DNA of 64,000 bases, taken from assembly GCA_904386005.1 (NCBI GenBank), contig CAJFKR010000004.1, positions 28,514-92,513 on the forward strand. Direction: 5' to 3'. The position numbers and the translations under genes were made by a program. Under the pieces are notes generated by a model that was not told the origin of the DNA, did no database searches, and saw only the letters and a list, made by a program, of their open reading frames with translations. Within the stretch, counting starts at the first letter, position 1. Each line of letters begins with the position of its first letter. The stretch comes from Candidatus Flemingiibacterium merdigallinarum (GTDB lineage Bacteria > Bacillota > Clostridia > Oscillospirales > CAG-272). Of the stretch, positions 28,142 through 38,652 are shown one piece after another.

Positions 28142-29617
28142 TCATTCGAGCTCGCGGAAAAAGCTGTTGACCTTTTCCAGCTCGGCTTCGATTGCGGCGC
28201 GTTTTGATTCCATTGTAGACACGAGCGTGCGGTCGTTTTTCTTGAACATCTGCGCAAAGATGCCGTCGCGTATCTGCTCGCACCAGAAGGTGTCGCCAAG
28301 GTCGTAGGTGCGGTTTTTTAGTATCAGGTCGAACATCTCAGCCGAGTCGTCGTCGCGCGAATATTTCGCCTTGATCGTCATCTCGTAATAAGCCGGAATC
28401 ACATTCTGGTACGAATACGAGCACATCGCCTCGATGACCGCTCCGGCGACTTCGGTGTCGGCGTTCGTGATCGGTACGATGCAGACCTGCGCTCCGCCCT
28501 CGACGCGCGAGTAGTAGTCGGTCTGGCTCTCGTCCCACTTCGGATAGGGAAGCACGCCGAAGTCGTCGACCATGTCACGCAGCTGCCCGACCGAGTAAAG
28601 CGTATGCGCGGCGAAGAGTGAGTGACCCTCCTGAAATTGGCGCAGCGTCTCATAATATGTGTTGCTGTCGTTGGTGTTGACATACCAGATATTGGTATCC
28701 CAAATCAGCTCGTAGATTCGGTCAAAAACATCGGCGAAGTGCGTGTCGGCGGGAATCGAAAAATACGGATAGCCGTCGTCGTCCTTTTTGATCGACTGCT
28801 CGCCGGCGGCAATCCAGAAGCAGGGAAGTATCTGCTTCGGCGCAGAGACAAAGCCGTACATATCGTCCTCGTCCTGAATCGAGTTGCCGTTCAGGTCGGA
28901 TGTGACCGCTTTCGCCAGATCGGCGAACTTGTCGTAGGTCCATTCGCCGCTTCGAACGAGGTCATACGGATTCTCGAGCGAGTAGTCGGAAATCAGCCGC
29001 GAGTTGAACGCGATGAGGTGCGTGTAGTCGAGCGCGGTCATCGATATGTCGCCGAACAGGAAGTAGAGCCGTCCGCCTACCCGCATCGCGTCGTTGATCT
29101 GCCGCGTCCAGTAAGGCTTTTCGGTGTCGATATACGGAATTTCGTTCATATCGTATATGGTGTTTTGCAGAGCGAGTTGCAACGCGTAGCGGTCGGTCAT
29201 CATACAGAAGTCGTAGGTGCAATCGCCGGCGGCAACCTCCTTGATGATGTTGTCGCGAAGGACGCCCGACGTGCCGTTTGGGAATATCTCCTCGTCAATG
29301 CTTACGTTAAAGCGTTCCTCTATCGTCTGCTCGCGCGACCAGAGCGCGTCGTTGTAGACCTCGCCGTTCTGCTCGTCGGTTGTGAGGTCACCGTTGTAGT
29401 GTGTGTTGTCGGGCGTGCCGATGAGGATTTCGGTCCCGTCGAAGTTCAGAGCGGGGACGCTGTCGCTGCCGTCGTCGACTGTCGTTTCAGCCGCGGTCGA
29501 CGTCGTCACGTCGTCAGTGACGACGTCCGCATCGGACATATCGCCGCAGGCTGAAATCGAGAACGATAATGACAATATGAGCAGGGCTGTGAGCTGTCGG
29601 TGGCTTTTTTGTGACAT
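28142..29617 (-). CDS. Extracellular solute-binding lipoprotein
   Basis: Lipobox ISAC, GEWTYDK, FGVLPYPKWDE; paralogous to 15946-17397. Confidence 0.85.
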   Translation of the reverse strand: MSQKSHRQLTALLILSLSFSISACGDMSDADVVTDDVTTSTAAETTVDDGSDSVPALNFDGTEILIGTPDNTHYNGDLTTDEQNGEVYNDALWSREQTIEERFNVSIDEEIFPNGTSGVLRDNIIKEVAAGDCTYDFCMMTDRYALQLALQNTIYDMNEIPYIDTEKPYWTRQINDAMRVGGRLYFLFGDISMTALDYTHLIAFNSRLISDYSLENPYDLVRSGEWTYDKFADLAKAVTSDLNGNSIQDEDDMYGFVSAPKQILPCFWIAAGEQSIKKDDDGYPYFSIPADTHFADVFDRIYELIWDTNIWYVNTNDSNTYYETLRQFQEGHSLFAAHTLYSVGQLRDMVDDFGVLPYPKWDESQTDYYSRVEGGAQVCIVPITNADTEVAGAVIEAMCSYSYQNVIPAYYEMTIKAKYSRDDDSAEMFDLILKNRTYDLGDTFWCEQIRDGIFAQMFKKNDRTLVSTMESKRAAIEAELEKVNSFFRELE

Positions 29618-29719
29618 GATTTTACATTCCTTTCAGACACGACTGCGTAAGGTCGCTTATTATAAATAGATTATACCAAACTGCAACTGATATGTCAATA
29701 CAATTATAAAAAATATTAA

Positions 29720-29756
29720 AAAATGCACCACATGGATATACCATGTGGTGCATTTT
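29720..29756 (-). terminator. Intrinsic terminator
   Basis: AAAATGCACCACATGG / CCATGTGGTGCATTTT perfect 16-bp stem. Confidence 0.8.
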
Positions 29757-29758
29757 GT

Positions 29759-29953
29759 CTACAGCTTGAAATCGGGCGGCTTATCGATTTCATCCGAGAC
29801 ATATTTTCCGCTCTTCTTGTGCTGTTTTACACATTCGGTCAGGATATACTCGATCTGACCGTTGACCGAGCGGAAATCCTCCTCCGCCCACGCCGCGAGC
29901 TCATTGTACAGCTTCTCGGACAGGCGCAGTGGTATCTGCTTCTTCTCCGGCAT
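29759..29953 (-). CDS. Arc-like ribbon-helix-helix DNA-binding protein
   Basis: KKQIPLRLS...WAEEDFRSVNGQIEYIL; coupled to the SPFH gene. Confidence 0.82.
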   Translation of the reverse strand: MPEKKQIPLRLSEKLYNELAAWAEEDFRSVNGQIEYILTECVKQHKKSGKYVSDEIDKPPDFKL

Positions 29954-29954
29954 A

Positions 29955-30983
29955 TCAGTAAAGCGAACCGGAGTTGACTACCGGCTGTGCGTCGTGATTG
30001 CCGCAGAGGACTACGAGCAGATTCGAAACCATTGCCGCCTTGCGCTCCTCGTCGAGCTCGACCGTGCCCTTTTCGGCGAGACGTTCGAGCGCCATTTCGA
30101 CCATGCCGACCGCTCCGTCGACTATCATCTTGCGCGCGTCGATTATTGCCGACGCCTGCTGACGTTGAAGCATGACCGCGGCGATTTCGGGCGCGTAAGC
30201 GAGGTAGGTGATCCGCGCTTCGATTATTTCGAGCCCGGCGTCGGCGACGCGGCTTTGCAGTTCGTCGCGTATGCGCGAGACCACGACCTCGCTCGAGCCG
30301 CGAAGGCTCCCGTCGTCGGCGAAGCCGTCGCCGGTAGTGTCGACATTCGGCGCGACGTCGTAGGGATATATTCTGACGATGTTTCTAACCGCGCTGTCGC
30401 ATTGAAGCGACAGATATTCTTTGTAATTGTCGACGTTGAAGACAGCCTTTGCCGTGTCGACGACCCGCCACATTACGGCGATGCCGATTTCGACCGGATT
30501 GCCGAGACAGTCGTTTATCTTCTGCCGGCTATTGTTTAGTGTCATAATCTTGAGCGACAGCTTGTTGTTCGGCATCTCGAGCGAATTGTTAATCGAGTTC
30601 AGCCCGATGTTGATGTGACTCTGCTGATTCGACACGTCGCCGCTCTGTCCGAGCCGAGTCTTTGCGGCAGGGTTGACTGCGATGCAGAAAGGATTGACAA
30701 AGTAGAACCCTTCGTTTTTGAGCGTGCCGATGTATTTGCCGAACAGCGTGAGCACAAGAGCTTCCTGCGGCTTTAGGATTTTAAGCCCCATAAACGGTAT
30801 CCAGCCGACGGCGAGCCATACCACGCCGACGACAATCATAATTATCGCCAGCGGGGGATATTTCTCGTTTTCTGTCATGATCGCGCCGACTATGACCAGC
30901 GCGATTGCCGCAATGTAGGCTATAATGATCCAGACCAATGCAGCCATGCCGTTTTTGTGTTTTTCGATGATTTTTTCATTCAT
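29955..30983 (-). CDS. SPFH/band-7 domain membrane protein
   Basis: Two TM helices, [35 protein letters not shown]. Confidence 0.92.
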   Translation of the reverse strand: MNEKIIEKHKNGMAALVWIIIAYIAAIALVIVGAIMTENEKYPPLAIIMIVVGVVWLAVGWIPFMGLKILKPQEALVLTLFGKYIGTLKNEGFYFVNPFCIAVNPAAKTRLGQSGDVSNQQSHINIGLNSINNSLEMPNNKLSLKIMTLNNSRQKINDCLGNPVEIGIAVMWRVVDTAKAVFNVDNYKEYLSLQCDSAVRNIVRIYPYDVAPNVDTTGDGFADDGSLRGSSEVVVSRIRDELQSRVADAGLEIIEARITYLAYAPEIAAVMLQRQQASAIIDARKMIVDGAVGMVEMALERLAEKGTVELDEERKAAMVSNLLVVLCGNHDAQPVVNSGSLY

Positions 30984-31020
30984 AATTAATACAACCCTTC
31001 ATGTGCGATTGATGTAATCT

Positions 31021-31059
31021 TGATATCAATATGATATCACAAAATTCCGCGATTGTCAA
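31021..31059 (-). promoter_or_regulatory. SigA promoter of the SPFH-RHH operon with tandem palindromic operator
   Basis: TTGACA (31059-31054), 17 nt, TATCAT (31036-31031); TGATATCA twice at 31021-31028 and 31032-31039. Confidence 0.65.
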
Positions 31060-31102
31060 TAGGCAAAATAAAAAATCCGGAAAAAAACTTCCGGATTCGA
31101 TT

Positions 31103-32782
31103 TTAACTGCCGGTCAATTCGGAAATCAGCCCGAGGAGCCCTTTTTCATGAAAAACCTGCTTGTAATAGCCGAGTTCGTCGGAGATAAGCCCGTCAATCA
31201 CGCCCATTCCGAGCAGCTCGACCGGCGCGCGGTCGTCGGTGAAGATATTGTCTCCGCCCGAATAGGGAGTCAGCCCCTCGGCAACCGAGAGCATACGGGA
31301 CTCAAAGTCAATGTCGCCGAAGCCCTCGGGCGCTCCGTCAAAGTCGAGCAGCGATATACTGCCGTCAGCCGCGCCGCCATCGGACGCGCGCGCGAACAGC
31401 TCGCGGTTGGTAGTGCCGGGCACGTCCACTGTGACGACATCGTCGAACACCGAAGCTATTGTGTCGCACAGCCATTCGTTAATGCTGCCCTCGCCGTCGC
31501 TGACCATGTTGAGGTTGACTACCATCACACCGCCCGGCTTTAAGTGGTCGCGCACAAGCGTGAAGAATTCGGCGCTCGACATCTGGAACGGTATCGTTAT
31601 GTCCTGATACGCGTCGACCATGATGACGTCGTATTTGTTCGGGTCGACCTCGAGATAGGCGCGTCCGTCGTAGGTTATTGACTCGACCGTCTCGGGCAGA
31701 CCGAAGTATTCGTGCGCGAGGTCGGTTATATTCTCGTCTATCTCGACGCCGGTGACGGTCGACCCCGGGTAATATTTCTGGCAGAGGGTCGCGTAGGTGC
31801 CGCTGCCCATGCCGAGGACGAGTATATCGAGCTTGTCCGAGCTGCTGCCGGTTGTGTCCATGCTCATCAGCGGCGCGGCGAGCGCGGTGTCGTAGTACAT
31901 ACCGGTGAGTCCGCCGTCCTTCATCGCGACCGACTGCACGCCGAACAGGACATTCGTAGACAACAGTATGCTGCGGTCGGTCTCCTTGACCTGTAGGTAG
32001 TTGTAGATCGACTCGCCCTCATACAATAGATCCTTTTCCCAGAACGCGAAGCTGTCCGAATGACCGAATATTGAGCAGACGACAAATATAACTACCGACA
32101 CCGCGGACGCTATGAGCTTTGTCTTTGTCGATATAAAATAGATAAGTCCGAGTATCAGCAGCACCGACGAGAATATCAGGAAGGTTATCGATGTGCCGAC
32201 CGCGGGTATCGTCACAAAGGTCGGGAGAAATGTTCCGAGTATGCTGCCGACCGTGTTGAACGCTTCGAGCCGACCGACAGTGCGTCCGCTGTCGTCCATT
32301 GACTCCATCGCGAATTTGACGAGCGACGGCGTCGCGGTTCCGAGCAGGAACAGCGGGTAGGCGAATATCACCATACAGGATACGAAAGCCGCGACGACGA
32401 GGTAGCCGGTGTCGACCGCGAGGACGAGCAGTCCGGATATGCCGATTATAATATACTTGCCGACGAGCGGTATGCAGGCGATCCAGACAGCCGCGACGAC
32501 GAGCCGCATATACAGCCGTCCCGGGTCGGGGTCGCGGTCGGCGATACGCCCGCCCCAGATATTGCCGAGGGCGAGCGCGATCATAATTGTGCCGATGATT
32601 ATCGTCCAGACGATCTGCGACGAGCTGAAATAAGGAGCGAGCAGGCGGCTCGCGCCGAGCTCGACCGCCATTACGGCGATTCCCGAGAAGAATTCGGTCA
32701 GGTAGAGATAGAGCTTGTTTTTGAGCAGTTTGTTCTGCGCGATTTTGGCTTTTAAGTCTGACAATTCTGATTTTTCAGTCAT
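31103..32782 (-). CDS. Fused MFS-like membrane domain / spermidine synthase-like methyltransferase
   Basis: N-terminal multi-TM region (MAVELGASRLLAPYF); SAM-binding VLGMGSG, VEID, DGR, IMVDAY. Confidence 0.9.
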   Translation of the reverse strand: MTEKSELSDLKAKIAQNKLLKNKLYLYLTEFFSGIAVMAVELGASRLLAPYFSSSQIVWTIIIGTIMIALALGNIWGGRIADRDPDPGRLYMRLVVAAVWIACIPLVGKYIIIGISGLLVLAVDTGYLVVAAFVSCMVIFAYPLFLLGTATPSLVKFAMESMDDSGRTVGRLEAFNTVGSILGTFLPTFVTIPAVGTSITFLIFSSVLLILGLIYFISTKTKLIASAVSVVIFVVCSIFGHSDSFAFWEKDLLYEGESIYNYLQVKETDRSILLSTNVLFGVQSVAMKDGGLTGMYYDTALAAPLMSMDTTGSSSDKLDILVLGMGSGTYATLCQKYYPGSTVTGVEIDENITDLAHEYFGLPETVESITYDGRAYLEVDPNKYDVIMVDAYQDITIPFQMSSAEFFTLVRDHLKPGGVMVVNLNMVSDGEGSINEWLCDTIASVFDDVVTVDVPGTTNRELFARASDGGAADGSISLLDFDGAPEGFGDIDFESRMLSVAEGLTPYSGGDNIFTDDRAPVELLGMGVIDGLISDELGYYKQVFHEKGLLGLISELTGS

Positions 32783-32830
32783 ATGTGATACTTCCGGCTT
32801 TGATAATTAACTGTTTAGCAACGAATAAAT

Positions 32831-33739
32831 TCATTTTTTACGTCTGCCCTGATAGCCGCGGTATTCATTAGGACCGTCGAAGAATTCGACTCCGCCGCGG
32901 CAGCGTTTCAGATAATCGAGTGAGGTCAGCTGCGCCGACCATTCGAGGTCGTCGAAGAACACCGGATCATGGTAGCCCTCGATGTCGCAGCTGCCGACAA
33001 AGCCGTGCTGCATCAATATCGTGAAGATATCGACCCAGTCGGTGTCGCCGAATCCGGGCGTACGGTTCCAGCAGAACGGCGACGTGCCGGTTATGCCCTC
33101 GTCGCGGATGATGTCCCACGCGATGTGCCCGTCCTTGCCGTGGACGTGGACTACCTTGCCCGCCCAATGGTGCAGCTGGATTATCGGGTCGGCGAGCGTC
33201 TCTATCGCGTGAGTCGGCTCCCATTCAAGCCCGAGCGCGCCGCTCGGAACGGCGTCGAACATCAGCTCCCACGATTTGGGACAGAACGCGATATTCGTCG
33301 AACCGCGATGCCAGCCGCCGCCGCAGCCCTCGAACGCGATGCGGACGCCATTCGCTTCGGCGCGGCGGGCGAGCTCGTCGAATACGCGCTTGAACTCGGG
33401 GATTGTATCGGGCACGCTCTTTTCGGGATTGCCGCCGGCGAATACTGAAACGATATTCGTGCCGTAAAGCCGCGCGCTGTCAATCAGCTTTTCGACCGCG
33501 CGGCGCACCTTTTCGTCGAGCAGAGTATTGCCGTAGCGACCGAGCGCGCCGACCGTTCTGCCGTCGAGCGAATCGCGTATACGCGCGGCGTGTTCTGTGA
33601 GGTCGACCTCGTCGATATCCCAGCTGTTGAAATCGAGCTCGTAGCTCTCGAAGCCCTTTGGGTTGAGCTGCGGGATCATCGCCGCGGCCTTTTCGGCGGG
33701 GATAAGCGTACCGATTTTGATGTCAAACATTGAAATCAC
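32831..33739 (-). CDS. Sugar phosphate isomerase/epimerase (TIM barrel)
   Basis: IAFE, LEWEPTH, HVHGKD, PGFGDTDW, DIEG motifs. Confidence 0.88.
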   Translation of the reverse strand: MISMFDIKIGTLIPAEKAAAMIPQLNPKGFESYELDFNSWDIDEVDLTEHAARIRDSLDGRTVGALGRYGNTLLDEKVRRAVEKLIDSARLYGTNIVSVFAGGNPEKSVPDTIPEFKRVFDELARRAEANGVRIAFEGCGGGWHRGSTNIAFCPKSWELMFDAVPSGALGLEWEPTHAIETLADPIIQLHHWAGKVVHVHGKDGHIAWDIIRDEGITGTSPFCWNRTPGFGDTDWVDIFTILMQHGFVGSCDIEGYHDPVFFDDLEWSAQLTSLDYLKRCRGGVEFFDGPNEYRGYQGRRKK

Positions 33740-34161
33740 CTCTGTGTGCGTCTATATTTATAGTTTCGGTAGTCGTCAAAAAAAGTCCTATGCAGCCGCC
33801 GTAGCAAAATAGATATTCCTATCCCGACCGCCAGCGGCACAAAGCTGACAGCGATAATCATGACGGTCATATCGGCTGTCTCGGGCAGGAACCCGCGTAT
33901 AAGTCCGGCAAGCATGAACACAAGCAGGTTCACGATGAGATAGCCGTTGTCGCGGAACGCGAGCGGCAGCGCGAGAAGTCCGTAGGCAAGCGCGAAGATA
34001 AAGCAGTATAGGGTTGTAGCCATTCCTTTTGTGTCAACCTGCATTGTTATCATACCCTCGTCCGGCGTCCAGCCGCAGTATATGATGAAGAACCATACCG
34101 CGACCGCACCGAGCAGAAGGGAAGATATCAGCTTTGCTTTGAGCCTGGCACATCGAAACAT
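33736..34161 (-). CDS. Hypothetical four-TM membrane protein
   Basis: Four hydrophobic segments; GAGGT SD; overlaps the next start (ATGA-type coupling). Confidence 0.7.
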   Translation of the reverse strand: MFRCARLKAKLISSLLLGAVAVWFFIIYCGWTPDEGMITMQVDTKGMATTLYCFIFALAYGLLALPLAFRDNGYLIVNLLVFMLAGLIRGFLPETADMTVMIIAVSFVPLAVGIGISILLRRLHRTFFDDYRNYKYRRTQR

Positions 34162-34204
34162 TGTCTTTACCTCATTGATTTTGGCGTCGCTGTTTTCGAT
34201 TATT

Positions 34205-34274
34205 TATTCAGCTGTTATTCTTGTGTTTATTCAACATTGAATATTCAGCATGAATATTCAATGTTGAATATTCA
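34205..34274. repeat. TGAATATTCA-based tandem and inverted repeat at the ftsH stop
   Basis: TATTCA recurs at 34228, 34242, 34255 and 34269; 34228-34270 forms a 20-bp inverted repeat around GCA. Confidence 0.8.
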
Positions 34275-36137
34275 GCCGTTCAGAATCTTCATGAACTCGT
34301 CGCCGGTGATAGTCTCGCGTTCGAGCAGATACGCCGCGAGCTCATCGAGCTTCTGACGGTTGTCGGACAGAATCGATATCGCCTTTTCGTGTGCCGCGCG
34401 GATGGTCTCGACGACCTTTTCGTCGATCTTCGCCGCCGTCTCGTCTGAGCAGGCGAGCGATGTGTCCTGTGTCAGGTACTTGCCGCTGACCGTCTCGAGC
34501 GCGACCATGCCGAACTCGTCGCTCATGCCGTAGCGCGTGATCATCGCACGGGCGAGCTTGGTCGCCTGCTCGATGTCGTTCGACGCTCCGGTCGTGGCGC
34601 GACCGAACACGATCTCCTCGGCGGCGCGTCCGCCGGTGAGGGTAGCGAGCTTGTTCTTTATCTCCTCGCTGTTCATCAGACTGCGCTGTCCGTCGTCTAC
34701 CTGCATAGTGTAGCCGAGCGCGCCGGATGTGCGCGGTACGATCGTAATCTTCGTGACCGGAGCCGAATCCGACTGGCGCGCGGCGACGAGTGCGTGGCCG
34801 ATTTCGTGGTATGCGACTATGCGCTTCTCGCTGTCCGAGATAACCGCGTTCTTGCGCTGATAGCCGGCGATGACCGTCTCGACACTCTCCTCGAGGTCGG
34901 AGTCTATGACCTCGCTTCGTCCGAGCCGAACCGCGCGCAGCGCAGCTTCGTTGATGATATTCGCGAGCTCCGCGCCGGACGCTCCGGCGGTCATGCGGGC
35001 AATTTTCGCGAAATCTGCGTTAGGCGCGATTTTGACGCCTTTGGCGTGGACGCGGAGTATGGCTTCACGTCCGGCGAGGTCGGGCAGCTCAACCGGAACA
35101 CGTCGGTCGAAACGTCCGGGGCGCAGCAGCGCCGGGTCGAGCGTTTCGGGACGGTTGGTTGCGGCGAGTATCACGACGCCGCTCGCCGGGTCGAAGCCGT
35201 CCATCTCGGCCAGCAGCTGGTTTAAGGTCTGTTCGCGCTCGTCGTTGCCTCCGATGCCCGACGTGTCGCGCTTTTTGCCGATCGCGTCGATTTCGTCTAT
35301 AAATACGATACAGGGAGCTTTCTCGTTCGCCTGCTTAAAAAGGTCGCGGACCTTTGCCGCGCCCATGCCGACGAACATCTCTACAAATTCCGATCCGGAG
35401 ATCGAGAAGAACGGAACCTTCGCCTCACCGGCGACCGCCTTTGCGAGCAGGGTCTTACCTGTGCCGGGAGGTCCGACGAGCAGCACGCCCTTCGGCAGCT
35501 TCGCGCCGATCTCGGCGTATTTTTCCGGCTCGTGCAAAAAGTCAACGACTTCGGCGAGCGCGTCCTTAGCCTCGTCCTGACCGGCGACGTCGGCAAAGGT
35601 CTTACCGGTCTGCGCCGCGACATATACCTTGGCGTCGGCCTTGCCGAACGACATCACATTGCCGCCCGGGAAGCCGCCGTTCTTGAGCTTTTTCATCATC
35701 ATACGGTTGAAAATTTCGCCTATGATGAGGAAAAAGGCGATCGGCAGAACCCAGCTGACTATAAATGAAATGAGCGGGTCCTGCTGTGTCGGTATCGCCG
35801 CGCTAAATACAATATCGGAATTATCACGCAGCTGTGAGAGCAGGCGCTGACCGTCGTCGGGCCAGATGCCGGTGCTGTAGAGCTTCGCGGTGCGCGCGTC
35901 GGTGCCGCTGATGAAAATTATCTCACCGGCTTCGGCGTCATACGCTACCTCATTGACCTGCCCCGCGTCGATCATATCGAGAAATTCGTTATACGGGATC
36001 TCGGTGACCTGCTTGTGAAGTAACGACGGAAACAGGAATATATTGAGGAGAATGATAATGATCATTGCAATTCCGGCGTAATAAATCAAAGGTTTTTTCG
36101 GAGTTTTGGATTGGTCATCGTTTTTTTCTTCAATCAT
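34272..36137 (-). CDS. ftsH: ATP-dependent zinc metalloprotease FtsH
   Basis: Two TMs, [35 protein letters not shown]. Confidence 0.96.
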   Translation of the reverse strand: MIEEKNDDQSKTPKKPLIYYAGIAMIIIILLNIFLFPSLLHKQVTEIPYNEFLDMIDAGQVNEVAYDAEAGEIIFISGTDARTAKLYSTGIWPDDGQRLLSQLRDNSDIVFSAAIPTQQDPLISFIVSWVLPIAFFLIIGEIFNRMMMKKLKNGGFPGGNVMSFGKADAKVYVAAQTGKTFADVAGQDEAKDALAEVVDFLHEPEKYAEIGAKLPKGVLLVGPPGTGKTLLAKAVAGEAKVPFFSISGSEFVEMFVGMGAAKVRDLFKQANEKAPCIVFIDEIDAIGKKRDTSGIGGNDEREQTLNQLLAEMDGFDPASGVVILAATNRPETLDPALLRPGRFDRRVPVELPDLAGREAILRVHAKGVKIAPNADFAKIARMTAGASGAELANIINEAALRAVRLGRSEVIDSDLEESVETVIAGYQRKNAVISDSEKRIVAYHEIGHALVAARQSDSAPVTKITIVPRTSGALGYTMQVDDGQRSLMNSEEIKNKLATLTGGRAAEEIVFGRATTGASNDIEQATKLARAMITRYGMSDEFGMVALETVSGKYLTQDTSLACSDETAAKIDEKVVETIRAAHEKAISILSDNRQKLDELAAYLLERETITGDEFMKILNG

Positions 36138-36276
36138 GCGTTTGAATCAGTCCTTTCCTAAATAGTAATCCTATCCACGGCTCTGTGTTGAGACGCGGGG
36201 ATTGTATAATAGTATAGCATATATTTATAATCGAGTCAACTATTTTTATCTTAAATATAGGTTAATAATGATAGTA

Positions 36277-36311
36277 CACGGCTATGACGAATAATATTCG
36301 CACATAGCCGT
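36277..36311 (-). terminator. Probable terminator hairpin
   Basis: CACGGCTATG / CATAGCCGTG. Confidence 0.55.
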
Positions 36312-36324
36312 GGGCTGAATTGCT

Positions 36325-38328
36325 TCATTTGTGGTATTTTATAAACGCGTAGCCGCGTTTCTTGCCGAAATGAGCAGTTAAGGCGTCATTCTGGCAGTCG
36401 ATCTCGACCTTCGTATTTGACGCGAGCAGGTCGAGCTTCGCGCCCTGAGGAAGCGCGACATTGTAACTGTAGCTGTCGATGTCAGACGATTCGCGCAGGA
36501 GTATCAGATATCCGTCGCTCTCGCCGCAGCGCGCGTGGAAGCCGGTGTAGACAATGCCGTCGGGCTGCTCGCCTATCGGCAGGACGTCGGCTGTATACAG
36601 CTTGTCGCGCTCGATGCGCCAGAGGTGACAGATGTGCGAAAGCCGGTCGAGCTGCTCGTCCGACAGGTGCTGCATCTCCATCCAGATAAGCGGGTTCGCG
36701 ACCATGATCGAAGCGAACAGCCAGTCGATGTCGTAGTTTGCCGGAGCGAGCTCATCGCCCGGCGCGACCGACTCGTAGCGGTCGGCGTTGCGCTGATTGT
36801 TCAGTATCTCGAACTGGAACTTGCGGGTTGGAAAGAACTCGGACAGCATCCAGAGGTTCTTCAGCGTGGCGTGCGGGTAGTAGTTCATGAAGTCGGTGTA
36901 GCGGTTCTCGACGAATATCGTTCCGATTTCCTTCATCGCGAGGTAGCCGAGCCGGACGCCGGCGGTGATATCTATGTTGTAGCTGAGCTCACAGCCCGAC
37001 TTCTCGCGCGCAAGGCTCATGAAGCGACCGATATTGCGCTCGCCGAGCTTGTTTTTCAGTATCATTCCGTCGAGCTTGAACTGCTTTATGCCGTACTCGC
37101 GGCTGAGTGTGGCGAGCCTCTCCGCGTCGCGCTCGCAATTCTGATAGTCGCCCTCGCCGTCCGGACTGAACCAGAGCGCGAGCTCGAGGTTGTCGCTCAT
37201 CAGCGGCGCGAGACCTGACGGGAAGCGGTCGGGGTCGACGTCCCAGAAGCGCGGGTCGTTCTTGTAGTAGCCCTCCGACCAGATGCTGCCCTTCGGCTTC
37301 TGACGCGACGAGTTCGCGGTCACGCCCTTTTCCCAGCCGTCGTCGATCTGCATCACATCGACACCGATTTTGGTCGCCGCGTCGCGCTCACGGAGCATGA
37401 ATTCCTCACAGATCGCGGCGTCTCGGCTGCGGTCGCCCCAGGTGTTCGACATCGCGAACAGGCTGCCGCCGCCAAGGCAGACCTTCGCATACAGCCGCTT
37501 ATACAGGTTCGGCAGAGTCTTTGCCCTGCCGGTGCCGACAGTCGAGCCGTAGAGCGGCAGCTCAACGTCGCCGACCTCGTCGGTTCTGACGCCGCTGCCG
37601 CAGAGCCGGGCATATCCGCCGGCGCGCGAGCGGAGCTTCAGGTCGCGGCTGTGTCGATTGAGCTGTGACGAGATGCAGGGAGCTTCCTTGACAATGAGCA
37701 GCGCGTGGTCGGTTTGGTATTCGTCGAGAATGAACATCGAGCCGTCGAACGAATTCTCGCGGTGGTCGTAAATCAGCTCGCTGCCCCGACGGACAAGGCA
37801 GTCGTTGACGTCGGTCTGTTCAACGAATGTGATTGCGTCGACCCGTATATGCGGCGACGACAGGGTTAAGCAGTCGACCGTGTCGTCCTCGGGCAGCAGC
37901 TTATTTATCGCGGCGCGCTCGTCGCTCTCGATACCGCTCGGGCGCTCGTCCGGGGCTGTTTCGCCCGACGCGGTCGGCTTGCCGCTGACATAAAGCCGCG
38001 TGGTGACAAACGGCGAGCCGTCGTATACCTCGAAGCACTGCCTGATTTTCGCGGTCGGATTTGTATAGACAAGCTCGGCGGTGATATGCGGCGCGGACAG
38101 TCCATCGTTGTCGGAAACATACTGTCTGAACTCGACCGAAGCGGTCGCGAAGTCAAATCCGCAGACATTGAACATCGCGGTCGGGCAGTCGCTCTCCCAG
38201 CACTTGTTCGCGAGCTTGTCGAGGATATATTCGCTGTGCGGCAGCGCGCCGTCAAGTCTCACCGCGCGTTCGATTTGCTCATTGCCGACCTTGAGCAGAT
38301 TGTCTTTATAAATAGCGTAGGAATTCAT
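36325..38328 (-). CDS. Clan GH-D glycoside hydrolase (GH36/alpha-galactosidase-like)
   Basis: SNTWGD, QIDDGW, FPSGL, LWFSP, FKLDG nucleophile motif. Confidence 0.78.
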   Translation of the reverse strand: MNSYAIYKDNLLKVGNEQIERAVRLDGALPHSEYILDKLANKCWESDCPTAMFNVCGFDFATASVEFRQYVSDNDGLSAPHITAELVYTNPTAKIRQCFEVYDGSPFVTTRLYVSGKPTASGETAPDERPSGIESDERAAINKLLPEDDTVDCLTLSSPHIRVDAITFVEQTDVNDCLVRRGSELIYDHRENSFDGSMFILDEYQTDHALLIVKEAPCISSQLNRHSRDLKLRSRAGGYARLCGSGVRTDEVGDVELPLYGSTVGTGRAKTLPNLYKRLYAKVCLGGGSLFAMSNTWGDRSRDAAICEEFMLRERDAATKIGVDVMQIDDGWEKGVTANSSRQKPKGSIWSEGYYKNDPRFWDVDPDRFPSGLAPLMSDNLELALWFSPDGEGDYQNCERDAERLATLSREYGIKQFKLDGMILKNKLGERNIGRFMSLAREKSGCELSYNIDITAGVRLGYLAMKEIGTIFVENRYTDFMNYYPHATLKNLWMLSEFFPTRKFQFEILNNQRNADRYESVAPGDELAPANYDIDWLFASIMVANPLIWMEMQHLSDEQLDRLSHICHLWRIERDKLYTADVLPIGEQPDGIVYTGFHARCGESDGYLILLRESSDIDSYSYNVALPQGAKLDLLASNTKVEIDCQNDALTAHFGKKRGYAFIKYHK

Positions 38329-38652
38329 TTTTATTACCCTGACTTCGCGGCGGCGAAGTCTTCCTTTCCGTGTATAACGCCGCGATTCATGCGCGGGCTT
38401 GTTTTCGGATACAAACAGATATATGTTGATTTCAGTATAGCATATCACACGGGTAATGTCAAGCTTATATGTGAGATTTCGAAAGAATGGCGGATCGGCT
38501 GAAAGAATTGCGATGACGGTATGAATATCGCTTCCGTTAATTGGTTGTGACTTGCATATGTGATTACAAATACGCTTTCGGCTGAATTTGTGTCAAAATC
38601 CCAATAAACGGATATACTGCATAGTGAAAACACATATAAGGGGGCTTTGCCA

